This document shows, piece after piece, positions 1 to 11,391 of a stretch of DNA of 64,000 nucleotides (the first letter of the stretch is position 1; the number at the start of each line of letters is the position of its first letter). The notes below the pieces were generated by a model. The model was not told the origin of the DNA. It saw only the letters and a list, made by a program, of their open reading frames with translations, and ran no database searches. The stretch is from Tricharina praecox. Lineage: Eukaryota. The translations under genes and the position numbers were made by a program. The stretch lies in NCBI RefSeq assembly GCF_024521635.1, contig NW_026250423.1, positions 124,001-188,000 on the forward strand, written 5' to 3'.

Positions 1-228
1 GAGGGGTGAAGAAGCGGCGGATGTGGGCCTGTATTGGGATAGCCGTTATTTGTGAGGAGTTCGTGCTTTTTCCTTTAGACTAATCCCCCAACGGTGGTTA
101 ATTTCTTTTCTATTTTCTTTATTTTTGCTTCTCTCTCGCGACGCATCCTAAACGGCTGCGTGTGGTTGATTTGGTCCACAGGCGGATTGGCAAGAACACA
201 ATCCGTTTCCTGCCCCTCCAAGCTGCCG

Positions 229-290
229 GAGCGGCTGACCCGACAAGGCTCCCTCATTCCCCACTGTCCACTGTCAGAGCAGAAGTGACA
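229..290. repeat. Dispersed repeat X, copy 1 (copy 2 at 3443-3500)
   Basis: agcggctgacccgacaaggctccctcattccccactgtcca...cagagcagaagtgaca nearly identical to 3443-3500. Confidence 0.9.
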
Positions 291-520
291 GACACCGCTT
301 CTCGCCATGGACTGCACAGTGCACGCGGGTAATGGGCGGCGAAGCAAGCGGACAAGCGGACAAGCGGACAAGCGAGCATGCGCTCCCTTTTTGATGATCA
401 GCTAGTAACTGCTGCACGGTGGATGTTCGTTACGTCCAAGGTGGGCTACGAAGGAAGCCGCTGCTGCTGGCTTCATATTTCTTCTGCCCTAAGCGTAATA
501 AGTAATTCCTGCTGAGGGAG

Positions 521-580
521 GAGATCATTACTCCGTCATGGTAGCCTTCTAGAAAGTTTTGTGCAATCTATGGGAAGATC
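521..580. repeat. Dispersed repeat Y, copy 1 (copy 2 at 2669-2727)
   Basis: ttactccgtcatggtagccttctagaaagttttgtgcaatctatggga vs ttactccatcatggtagccttctagaaaattctgtgcaatctgtgggg. Confidence 0.9.
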
Positions 581-1121
581 TGCATCAGGAAAAAAGAGAG
601 TGCACGCCCGATACAACCGGGTGTCCGAGGTGTTTGACAGGCCTCGGACAGTAACTCCCTCTACCGTACGAGGCTAGTCGAGGGGTTTTGCTTGAACGCA
701 GCATGGCAGGCTGTTTGGTGTTCCCCACGGAGCGCTTGACTCTTTAAGCGCGATTTAACGCCCAGCGGCAGTATAAAACGTAGCACTCCCAGCGTGCCTC
801 TTTACAGGCACTAGACGGTAACGCCTCTATCCGGACGTGACGGTCGAGGCACTCGACAAGTTTGAACGTAGCAAGCGGGGCGTTTGGGGTTCCACGCTGG
901 GTCTTCGAATCTTCAGATACAGTATAACTCCTTGCCCTCTTCATCGGTTGAAGGGATGAACATTCACTGATCCAAACATATATTGCGTCTAGCCTTCGAG
1001 GCGCAATACATCTTCTCAACCTGAGGTTCCATTTTTTCTATCTAATCAATCCTACATATTTAAAGCGAGTCTGACGCGATACACCCGGCTAGCAGCCAGC
1101 AAAAAATGCGAGGGGAAGAAG

Positions 1122-1325
1122 GTGTTGTATCCACGGCGAGGAAATTGTGGTATCCGCGGGGGGACAGGCTAAATACTGTAGGAAGGCATATGAGGATGAT
1201 ACATAGCGGCTGTAGTTGGAAGATCAGAGGCTATCCGACAGCGAAGGACACCGAGGAAAGCGTGCTATCCACGGCGAAGAGAGTGTGGTATCTGCGGCGA
1301 GAAAGGGCTGATAGTACTACAGAGC
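1122..1325. repeat. Degenerate direct repeat, period about 138 bp
   Basis: tatccacggcgaggaaattgtggtatccgcgg vs tatccacggcgaagagagtgtggtatctgcgg. Confidence 0.7.
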
Positions 1326-1429
1326 GGCTTAGGGGGAGAATACGGCAGTCATATGAGGTCCGGACGGCGCGAGCGGTATAGCCGCTCGGTGAGGTTTAAT
1401 AGCCCCATGAGGTTATTACTAGTCCTGCC

Positions 1430-1565
1430 CTCACCATCTGCGATTGAATCTCGTCAGCCTCTGACAGGTATTGAAGCTTATCCTCAAGCCTGGATCACCA
1501 ACACCTATAAATCCCCACGTCCACCCACTTCTCTTCTTCTTCTCCTCTTCTCTTCATCACACACA
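1430..1565 (+). promoter_or_regulatory. Duplicated core promoter (TATA box + CT-rich tract), paralogous to 2818-2980
   Basis: Shared tcaccatctgYgattgaatctcgYcag...ttgaagctt...ctataaa...cacccacttctc...ttctcttcatc upstream of both ATG 1686 and ATG 3068. Confidence 0.7.
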
Positions 1566-1685
1566 CCGCACATTCACTCAACTCTCTGCGTAAACCAAAA
1601 CGCAAAATTTGAATATCCAAAGTAGATCCATCTTATCACACACACTCACTCGCAATAATGTATGCTGACATGATATCTACTAAAG

Positions 1686-2219
1686 ATGTCCGGACACAAT
1701 CACAACCTGCAGAAGCGCGCCACCAAGGCCGCTACCACCGTCAAGCCTGCCCGCAACTCCCCCAAGGTGAGCATGACCCGCACTCCTATCGCACTGCATC
1801 TGACACGGCGCTCGTAGATCCCCAAGGCCGCGAGCGGCATTTCCAAGTCCGCCCGCGCCAAGAAGTACATATACGCCCTCAAGCCCACCACCATGGCTCG
1901 GCTCGCGGACATCGAGTTCGACGAGCACACCACGCTGGTGGAGGGTGCGCGTTTCTACCTCCAGCCTGGAGGTAGGAAGCGCGCCCCCAGCGGCGTGGTG
2001 GCCATGGTGATCACCGTGCCCGCTGGTGTCGAAGGCCAGTGGCCGGTGTGGATGGACTTCAAGGAGGAGGTCTTGGGGGAGGCAGAGGAGAAGGAGGTGG
2101 AGCAGCAGCTCCAGCAACAGCCGGAAAACGAACAGCTGGAGGAGGAGCAGCAGGCGGAAGCAGAGGAAGAGGAGAGGCCAGCGGGCAACACCAGCCGCCT
2201 AAGTTGTATCGTTATGTAG
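1686..2219 (+). CDS. Hypothetical 160-aa protein: basic N-terminus, acidic/Gln-rich C-terminus, terminal CaaX (CIVM); exons 1686-1766, 1818-2219
   Basis: ATG downstream of TATA; 51-nt intron GTGAGC..CTGAC..TAG joins MSGHNHNLQKR..SPK in frame to IPKAASG..MARLADIEF..SRLSCIVM*; C/G-ending codon bias. Confidence 0.65.
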
Positions 2220-2798
2220 AAACGTTTAGTATTTCTCAACATTTCAAGAGCAGAGTTCGGCGTGGTTAGATATTCGCCGTTCATGGCTCCAATATTCCGT
2301 GTCTCGCATATCAGAATCGGTGATAACAACCGTAGTGATCAACGATATCGCTTCATCCGTGCTGGCTCTCTGTCTGGTAGAGTCGTCGACACGATCTCGG
2401 CTCATTCATGAACGAGCGGGCGTATCCAGAAAATATGGCTCTTTGTAAATGCAGTGGCTCTCCCTTTTACCAGAGTGAAGACTAAGAGTCCTCAATTGCG
2501 TTATCGAATGCATCTTTGTCTTTACGAACATCGGTCTACTGATCATGACGAAAGTCTTGTTTCATAGGCCTACCATTTTCAGTCATTCGACGCCTTTGCA
2601 ACCGCGCCGAAACAACATATCCGTAATATCTTCATTGCTCAAGAACCCACATAAGTGTAACGGGAAAGGAGATGTTTACTCCATCATGGTAGCCTTCTAG
2701 AAAATTCTGTGCAATCTGTGGGGATATCATTCACAGGTCCGGACAGTGTGGGCGGTATCGGTGCTCGGTGATATCCACTAACCTGTGAGGTGATGGCT

Positions 2799-2890
2799 AG
2801 ACCTAACCTCACTTCACTCACCATCTGTGATTGAATCTCGCCAGAGACCTAACCTCACTTCACTTACAATCTGTGATTGAATCTCGCCAG
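2799..2890. repeat. 46-bp tandem duplication within the second promoter copy
   Basis: agacctaacctcacttcactYacMatctgtgattgaatctcgccag x2. Confidence 0.9.
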
Positions 2891-3067
2891 CCTCAGATGT
2901 TGAAGCTTCACCAACCATCTATAAAACCCCACACCCACACCCACCACCCACTTCTCGTCTCTTCTTCTCTTCATCGCACAGATCTCGAGTTCAAAAAACT
3001 CCCTGCTCCAACCACAAAGCAAAGTTCGAATACCTATCGAACTTTCAAAACAAAAAAAAAACCAGAG

Positions 3068-3355
3068 ATGTCAGAACACTCCTACAACCTGCGCAAGCTG
3101 GATTTTGAGGAGATGGATTGGGAGGCGCAGGAGCAGGAGGACGAGAGGGAAGAAGACGGCGAGGAGATAGATGAAGACGAGGAGGAGAAGAAAGAAGATG
3201 AGCAGGAGCAGGAGCAAGAAGAAGACGAGGAGGATGAACAAGAGGAGGAGCAAGAAGAAGGCTGGGAGGATGATCAAGAGCGGAAGCAAGATCAAGAGCT
3301 GGGGATTGAAGCAGACTCCGGGGAAGATCGAAAGCAAAAGCAAAATAAACATTAA
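3068..3355 (+). pseudogene. Shortened or degenerate paralog of the 1686 gene, 95-aa highly acidic ORF (possible pseudogene)
   Basis: MSEHSYNLRK resembles MSGHNHNLQK; LDFEEMDWEAQEQE resembles MDFKEEVLGEAEEKE; Glu/Gln codon repeats continue past the stop with TAG/TAA interruptions to about 3443. Confidence 0.5.
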
Positions 3356-4016
3356 AGACTCCAAGAATGATCAAAAGCAGAAGCAAAATCAAAAGCAGAA
3401 GCAAAAGCAGGAGGAGCAGTAGGAGCAGCAGTAGGAGGAGTAAGCGGCTGACCCGACAGGGCTCCCTCATTCCCCACTGTCCATCAGAGTAGAAGTGACA
3501 CAGGAAATAGTGAAAGAAATGACAGAAGAGAAAATATGTGCTGGACAAGCGCCGCAAAACCTCCTGGGTGCTCGGGCATGGCGCATTATGACTATGTCTC
3601 TCCATTTTGCCTGCACACTGTTACCTCTCCACATAGTAAACCATAGCATAAGCCTTCCTACGGTTACGAACGGCGGTGGGATGGAAGTAGAGCACGTAAA
3701 AGCAACAGCGGCGACAGCTTGGGCATTAGAACTCGAGGGGTCTCTGTAGTGGTATAGACCAAACGCAGTTTTTCCCAGTACATGTATTTTGATACATATG
3801 AGCTCGAGGCACCTAGGTCTCGCCGGGCATGACCGCCCCATACGGTAGACCAAAAACTGGACACCTGACCTCCCATATACACTATGTCTCCCCCCCCATT
3901 CCTCCACCGCCGGCCCGCACACCGTGCAACAAGAGGCTTTCCGCTATCACCCGCCGCCGCACTTCGTCACCGCCAAACCACCCGGGCTTCTCTTTGTCCC
4001 ACATTTTGTACATGAG

Positions 4017-6007
4017 CTATGGTATTGGAGGAAATTGTTGGTTACAGTCACACGGTCCCGAAAACGCCACATCTTCCCCTGACAGGTGCGCACCACAATC
4101 GACACCATTTTTCCCCCACAGACTCAGGAGGATCCGGAAGTCCTTTATACTCTTCTCATGGCGCCACGACGTCTTCGCCCCGTATTTCAGCAGGACCTTT
4201 AGGAGTGAGAATATGGGACCGAGATCGCGCACCCAATTGGGCTGGTTGCATTCTTTCGGTTGATGGTCGTACCGATAGTAGCACAAGCTTGTTGTCTCTG
4301 ACCCCCCGCGGCGTTTGTACTGTTGGTGAATATTCTCCGTATGGCTGTATTCGTAAATCTCTATGGAGATCTGGTCGAGGAGAGTCAGAACTGGCGAATC
4401 CCCATCCCACATAGGGTCTCCCGAACGCCACAGCTTCCTTCGTGCGCTTGGATCGGCCCCGGCTTCGAGTAACATCGATGCGATTTCAACGTGGTTTGCG
4501 TGAGAAGACCATATCATGAGCAGCGGCGTGACTCCCAGCTCATCTGCCGCATTGACATCGGCACCGGCTTCAATCAGAGCCTTAGTCATTTCCAGATTGT
4601 GTGCGTGAGAGGTGCGGTGTAGCGGTGTCTCACCCTCTGCATTCCGCGCGTTGACATCAGCGCCGGCTTTGATCAAGAGCTTTGTAATTGCCAGGTTGTC
4701 CGCCTCGGAAGCATAGTGTGTGTCTGCCTTGGAAGCATAATGTAGTGGGGTCTCACCCCCTTCCATCGCCGCATTGATATCAGCGCCGGCCTCGATCAGG
4801 ACCTTCACGAGTACCAAATTGTGTGCATGAAAAGCATAGTGTAGCGGGGTGCTGTCTGATGACGAGCGCGCGTTTATGTTGGCGCCGTTCTTGATTAGGA
4901 ACCACACCATTCCCGGGGTATCGTAATAGCGGGGCCCGGGCCAGAGGGGATGGTTTTTCCAGGGCCCGTCATCGGCGCAGAGGTGGTGTAGGGCTGTCCA
5001 GCCATATAGATCGCGATAATCCACCGGGGCCCCGCATGCGAGTAGCTCTCTCACGATCCCCTTTCGCTTCTCTGTCAAGTTGTCCTTGGGGTAGTCGTGG
5101 CCGCTATGGGTAACCGCCACGTGGATCGGACATGACTCGGGTCTCAGGACGCCACCCTCGTCCTCCCGACCCTCCCACTCGGCACAGTCTTTGGGTAAGT
5201 CCATATCATCCAACAATGTGGCTCCGTGGTCCAGTAGAACTTTGAGTGAAGCCAGGTTGGCGTACTCAATGGCAAAGCGTAGCGGTGTTAAACAACCGCC
5301 TGGGGTGTCAACGTCGCACCATTCCGGATAAGGGCCGCTTATATCTCCTTCTTTAATGGGATTTCCGCGAAGCATTCCTTTGTTGATATTGGCTCCGCGG
5401 CCCAGGAGAAATTTCATTGTAGCGGTGTGGCCGCCAATGGTAGCATACAAAAGTGCTGTGCTTCGACGTCCAGGACAGCGTGAGTCGATGGGGATGCCAC
5501 ACATGTCGAGATATTTCCGCACTGCGCCGGTGCTGCCGGTGGCCGCAGCCAGATGAAAGGGTGTGATGTCTGACCAGACAGGAGGAAGGGGCAGATCAAA
5601 GTCCTCCCAACGGTACTTCACCCGGTATTGGTCGAGTTCGGGAATCTCGTGGCGTACGGTGAACTTTGAGTTGTAGACCCGGGTGAACAGTTCACGCTCC
5701 AGATTGCGATGCAACACGAAAGATGTTGCGTGTAGACGGTACATATCAAAGGGGGACAGGTAGCCGGCAATTTTCCACATGAGCTCTACCGGAAGGGTCG
5801 TGAGCGGGGGCCCAAGTGAGGGTTTCGGAGCCGTGGTGCTGGGGCTGGGGCGACCGTAAATAAGCGGCTGAATCCTCCATTCGGGCAACGTTGGTAACGG
5901 AACTGCGCTGATGGCGGACTCGAGTCGGTCCAAGCTTGGACTGGTAACTCGACGTCAGCACGCTGCTACTTCTGGGGTTTCACGGAGGGAGGAGCATACT
6001 CAGACAT
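4017..6007 (-). CDS. F-box-like plus ankyrin-repeat protein; exons 6007-6000, 5940-4017
   Basis: LTTLPVELMWKIAGYLSPFDMYRL F-box-like motif; many TPLH/GADVNA ankyrin repeats; intron GTATGC..GCTGAC..CAG supplies an in-frame ATG (MSDPSLDRL). Confidence 0.85.
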
Positions 6008-6722
6008 CGTGCAACGTTGATGATAGGTAAGTGAGGAGTGATCAAGACTGAACTGGACTAGACTAGACTGGGCCGGGCTGGGAGACTGGCGCAATGTCGC
6101 AGCCTGGGACGGGCTTGCGACGATGATGAGAGGAAGAACTGTGCAGATGTGTTGCTTTTAATACTGTTTCCCGGTGACTGGAAGAATGAGTACAAAGCTA
6201 TCGCCCCCTTGCGCTTTTCGGTATGTAGTCGCTGTTGTGCTTGTATTCTTCACCGGGGACTTTCCATCTCTAAAGTTGGCTTGAGTACGCGGCTCGACCG
6301 GTGACATGCGATGCTAAGCCCAACAGCTCCTCGACGATACATAGCACCGCCACAGTAGGATAAATACGATCTGAGGAAGTCTATGGAGGGAAATTGATAG
6401 ATTTTCAGGAAAAAATAATACGATTAAGGCGAGAATACCGCCGAAAGTAGAGCATATTTTAGTTAAATAGTGGCGGAGCGAAATGTGGTGACTCGAGCTC
6501 GTTTTTCAGCTCTCGCTGTACAGGCTTTTTGTGGATAGATTTCTCGCCATGACATAGGTAGGTAAGCAATTAGCACAGGTGGATCAAGAAGCAGGAATCG
6601 AGTGATATACTGTAATGACTCAACAGCACGTCAGAACCATCCAGAGCCCACCGGTCTACAGAATCCATATCATACACATAAACATACAACGTCCTTCTTA
6701 GACCAGAAACGGGTATCGCTAA

Positions 6723-7736
6723 TCACTCCTCCGCCTCCAGAATGATATTGTCAATGAGCCTAACCGGACCCTGTCCCTCCTCGACCGGTGACATCCGCAC
6801 AGCAGCACTCAACACCGCCCCCTTCTTTGGGTCTACCGTCCCTAGCTCCTCAAGCTCCTGCAGGTCCGCAAGGCTGAAATACTCGATTTCAAACGGCACA
6901 TCTTTCCCCGGTTGCAAAAGCTCCAGTCCCTTGGCCAACACAGCCTTTGCGTCCACCGTTCCCCCCTGCGCCGCAAGTCGGCGGTACTCATCCTCGCTTG
7001 CCCGCAAAGCTTGATACAGCACGGGCGCGATGGCCCTCCTGCGTTCGCCCAGGTAGACATTCCTACTGCTCATCGCCAATCCATCCACCTCCCTGCCGGT
7101 GGGGCAAACTCTGATCTGGACTGGAAAATGCAGATCTTTGACCATCCTCTTGAGTATAATACTCTGCTGGACATCCTTCTGACCGAAATATGCGATATCC
7201 GGCTGTACGATGTTAAACAGCTTCGCGACGACGGTCGCAACGCCACGGAAGAAGTGTGGTCTCGTAATCCCCTCCAGCTTCGCTGCCAGCGGCTGGACAG
7301 TCACGAACGCGCCGCGCTGCGCGTTCTCCTCCAGCGGGATACCATGCGGGTACATCTCCGCGACGGAGGGGAGGAACAGTGCCTCGATACGGCCGCGGGT
7401 CGTGCTGTCGGCGGAGAACTCGGCGTTCAGGGACTCGAGTAGGGCGACGTCGGTGTGAAGCGTGCGCGGGTATACCGCGAGATCTTCCGTGGGCGCGAAT
7501 TGAGCTGGGTTAACGAAGATGCTGACGGCTACTGAGTCGTTTTCTTTTGCTGCTGTGCGGATCAGGGAGAGGTGGCCGGCGTGTAAGGCGCCCATCGTCG
7601 GCACGAAGCCGAGCGATTTGGTGCTCAGGAGGGGATGTCGGTAGGAACGGAGGGAGGCTATGGTGGTGTAGATCTTTAGAGGATCGGTAGTTTCGGGAAG
7701 CGCTGTTATCACGGACGAAGCGGCGGGGGATGCCAT
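6723..7736 (-). CDS. PAN6: Pantoate--beta-alanine ligase (pantothenate synthetase)
   Basis: GFVPTMGALHAGH, SIFVNPAQF, RPHFFRGVATVV, FGQKD, DGLAMSSRN, RLIDN motifs; single exon. Confidence 0.97.
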   Translation of the reverse strand: MASPAASSVITALPETTDPLKIYTTIASLRSYRHPLLSTKSLGFVPTMGALHAGHLSLIRTAAKENDSVAVSIFVNPAQFAPTEDLAVYPRTLHTDVALLESLNAEFSADSTTRGRIEALFLPSVAEMYPHGIPLEENAQRGAFVTVQPLAAKLEGITRPHFFRGVATVVAKLFNIVQPDIAYFGQKDVQQSIILKRMVKDLHFPVQIRVCPTGREVDGLAMSSRNVYLGERRRAIAPVLYQALRASEDEYRRLAAQGGTVDAKAVLAKGLELLQPGKDVPFEIEYFSLADLQELEELGTVDPKKGAVLSAAVRMSPVEEGQGPVRLIDNIILEAEE

Positions 7737-8172
7737 TTTGACTGGTGATGCTCGGGGGTCAGTGTGGGTGGCATTAGGCGTTAGGAAATGGGATATGGCA
7801 TACAGGATTGCAATGATGTGAAGCTGCGCCAGAATAGGCGCATACTTGGATCGACGGGGTGGCTTTTATACCCCGTGCGCGTGGGAAGGGAGCTCTGCGT
7901 GATAGTTGAGTCAACCGTCACATGGAAGTTTTAGTTCCCCGTGGCGGGGATAATACAGATGTCAGGTTGGGACTAGCGTCAATGATTATTCACTCATACA
8001 TAACCCAAACTGAACCGAACGAAGACATCAAAATCAAAGAGACAACAAAAACGCCTCTATGTAACGGCTTTTCTTCCAACCCAATCTCCACCAAAGAACA
8101 ACCCCGTCCCCCCTAAATAGGGTTAACGCGATCTCAAAAAAAAAACGCCAAATCACGGTGTCCCTTGAAGTA

Positions 8173-9339
8173 CTATTCAAACCTCATTGCGACAACTTTG
8201 TCCGACACTTGTTGGGGGGTAAGAAGTCCGGCTTCAGTGATGAGCCCCTTGATGAGGTGTCTGGGAACATGGTCGACGAATTCTTGCTGATCTTGCGGTG
8301 TGGCACCCTCAACGCCTTGCGGTGGATCGAAGTCGATGATGTTTTGCTCCACGGGCATGTTGAACTGGTCCAATGGGAATATATCGACGAACTTGTGTGT
8401 CTCCGTAGCAACATATACCGGACGGTTGTAGGTCTTTGCAACGAGGGCAAGCTGGTATGATCCCAACTATTCGGCAAGTTAGTATAGGCGTACCCGCCAT
8501 CGAAGGAGGGGCGCTGCATACAATGTTGAGGACGCTGCCGTCTCCGAAAACACCCTCCGCTCCAATGATCACCATCGTCGATTTCTTGAGTGCATAACCC
8601 ATGGCATTATCGTCGACCACCGCAACAGGGATCCCTCGAGCGCGAAGCTCCTTCGCCGTCCTGAGACCGAGAAGGCTGGGCCGAGTCTCGGTGACGATAG
8701 CGTTGAATCTAATATTCTGTTCCGCCGCTTTCTGGAGCATTGCGATCACACATCGCGAGTGCCCGTGCAAGAATACCGTAATACCGTCCTTGATAGCTTT
8801 AACTCCACACTCGGCAACCTTGATTCGCGCCTCCCTTGCGCGCTGCGCAAACAGATGTCCATTCGCCTGAAGCTGCTGCTTAAACGCCTCGAAATCCTTA
8901 GGGTCATCATGAGCGTGCGCAATGATGAAGCGCTTGAACAGGTCGCAGCCAGCGGTGAGAGAGATCGCGTTTGGAATCGACTTCTTGAGCGCGTCGGCGC
9001 CGTCACCGATTGCCGACATCAACTCGTGGATGGTACCGGCTTTTGTGGCATCACAGAGCGCCGATAGTGATTCTATTGCGGCGATGGGCATAGATTTCGA
9101 CGGGTCTTGGGAGAGGAGCTTGAAATAGTGTTCTCGGATGTCAAATTCGCCTTTTGTCGAGTATACAACACCAGGCTTCGGGTGGGAGTGCGAGGATGCC
9201 GTCGACGGGGGCGAGATGTGCATTGAGGCTGTTCGGACGCATGTATGTCAGATCAACAGCCTATTCGCATCCTAGGGTTGTAGTGATGCTGGCAGCGAAT
9301 GGGTCGGGAGCGCGACTCACAGGATATTGTTTCCGACAT
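8173..9339 (-). CDS. GCN3: Translation initiation factor eIF2B subunit alpha, 3 exons
   Basis: MPIAAIESL, SLTAGCDLF, HGHSRCV, VTETRP, IGAEGV, GSYQLALVAK..PVYVATETHKF; first exon 9339-9321, intron 9320-9229, second intron about 8520-8468. Confidence 0.93.
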
Positions 9340-10351
9340 AATGGCGTTTTGTACGTTGTTGTCCGCGGTAGCGTCGGTCGGATATGAGGGAGTGAATGGA
9401 CGTATCAAGCGGTGTCTGGAGGTGGGTCGCGGCCTGAGCGGTCGTGGGGCAAGTTGAGTTGAGGTGTCGTTGAATGGCTGATGGTGATGGTGACTGGATG
9501 CTTTGTTTCACAAGGCATGATCGTACCCCACCAAAGCACGCTAGCTATTTTACGCTGTTAGTGCGGGGTTAAAGTAAGGTAAGGGTCAGGCACCGGTCTC
9601 ATCTCCAAGACTCCAACTCGTCTGCACGCTTGAGATAGCCGCATCCACCTTCAATTGAAGCCTCAAGATGACCACACCATTTGTGTTGGGTCTCCGTACA
9701 AGTATAAAACGAATGCTATTGGGTCGCGATTCGCCAATCGCGGGAGGACAAGACACTCTTGGCCCGTGGGAACCGAGTGGGTAGGAGGTACATTGGCTGA
9801 GTACTGGCCATGGCGTTGACCCATTGTATGAATACTTCTTACTTGCCTGGTGTTTTCCTCTTTCAACGACCCGTGTTCCGTATGTCGCCGGTTTCCCGCC
9901 GATTATATACAGTCGCTAAAGACATTTGATCTTCCGATAGCACAACTTGAACTGTCATCCCTACCTTCAGCATCACCATAATCCTCACCATCACCCTTCA
10001 GCTTCCAAAGTTCCCACCCACCCTACCCTTTACCGATGTATGTGTATTTGGTAGGTCCTCATTGGGGTCTCCTCCGATTCACCGCCTTTTCATCCATTGG
10101 TCGAGGCCGTTAAATTGCAGTGCAAGCAAGTCTGTGCGTTCACAGTCACTCGGCCAGTTAATCTGCGGTCCCAAAATTTCCAAAAACACAGTCATTTGCC
10201 TCCGTGAGTTCTACTTGTATCGCTAGGATAGGTCAGGTAGAGGGCGGAGGGCAGAGAAAGCCACATCGGGCCGCTCGATGAAAGCCAGGTTTGGCAGCGG
10301 CACGGAACTGGGTGTGTGTACAGTATACAGTAATCAAGAAAAAAAACATAA

Positions 10352-10663
10352 TCATTTGTTCCAGATCCTCTTGAACTCCATCATAATTTGATCCGGATCC
10401 ATAATGATATTCTTTGTCTGTTCAAACGCAGTTATCTGTTGTGCAAGAGCCGGCTCGCAATAAGATAGGATGTTCAGCCGGGCCTGCACAGCGCGGACCG
10501 ACTTAGGCAAATACAGTTTTATGGAACCAGGTACCGTTTCGTCAAAGTCGTGGCTGAAATGTTCCACCATCTTTATGAGGAAGGGCTCCCATGCATCGTA
10601 GTTGAGGGCATCGCGACGAAGGAGCTCGGAGGGGAGGGGGACGGGGACTTCGAGGATTGGCAT
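10352..10663 (-). CDS. Hypothetical 103-aa protein
   Basis: ATG-initiated ORF with globular-like composition and CAA-rich leader in an otherwise empty interval; no family recognised. Confidence 0.45.
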   Translation of the reverse strand: MPILEVPVPLPSELLRRDALNYDAWEPFLIKMVEHFSHDFDETVPGSIKLYLPKSVRAVQARLNILSYCEPALAQQITAFEQTKNIIMDPDQIMMEFKRIWNK

Positions 10664-11391
10664 GCTTGCAATTGTTGGTCGGTTAATTTGGTCGAGCTGT
10701 TTGGTTGAGTTGTTTTGACGGTCGAGTATAATCCGCTAAGACTGGCGACGGGTGTGGTGTATTTTCATCTGCTTTTGTTCATTAAGACGAATACTCATTC
10801 CCGTTTGTCGATCTCAACTTGAAGCTTGCCGTTTCATGTAAACATGAGCAGTTCAAGGCAAATACGTCCAGATGAGCTGTAAGGAGAAACGTTTCAGCTG
10901 CAGCCAAGCTTAAAGGGCGAAATAATGCAGTCTTCGTAGAGGAAAGGAACCGAGTGATGAGCTAGGTTTGACGTGTTTCTTACGGTACCTAGGTCAGGTG
11001 GCTGTGGAGTGTTAGGATTATGCGTTCTACAATATGATGTAGATGATAAAGCTTGAGTTCCTAGACTTTATACATTATGTGCTTTGCTACTCTGGATAGC
11101 AATAGCTTGCTCAAGGTACTCCAATCCGATGTTTACATAGGATAACTGTGAAGACGAGGACTAGTTCCGTTACGTAAAACACGTTCGGAAAGAAGGCTAC
11201 CCCAATCTGTTCAAATGTGGCGCAGGTCGACTATTTAGTGTCAGCCCGCTAGCACGAGCCACTCTTTCACCTTTACGCCACACCCACGTCATCGTCTCCT
11301 CACAACCTTCGCACCCGTTCACCCCCCAGCACACAAGATCACACGAACCCCGACTCGGAAAGCTCAATCTACTTTCACGCGGGCGCGAGAG

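Noticed and set aside
3045..3605. Leu-rich minus-strand ORFs that look like membrane proteins
   Set aside because: Antisense shadow of GAG/CAG/AAG repeats on the plus strand.
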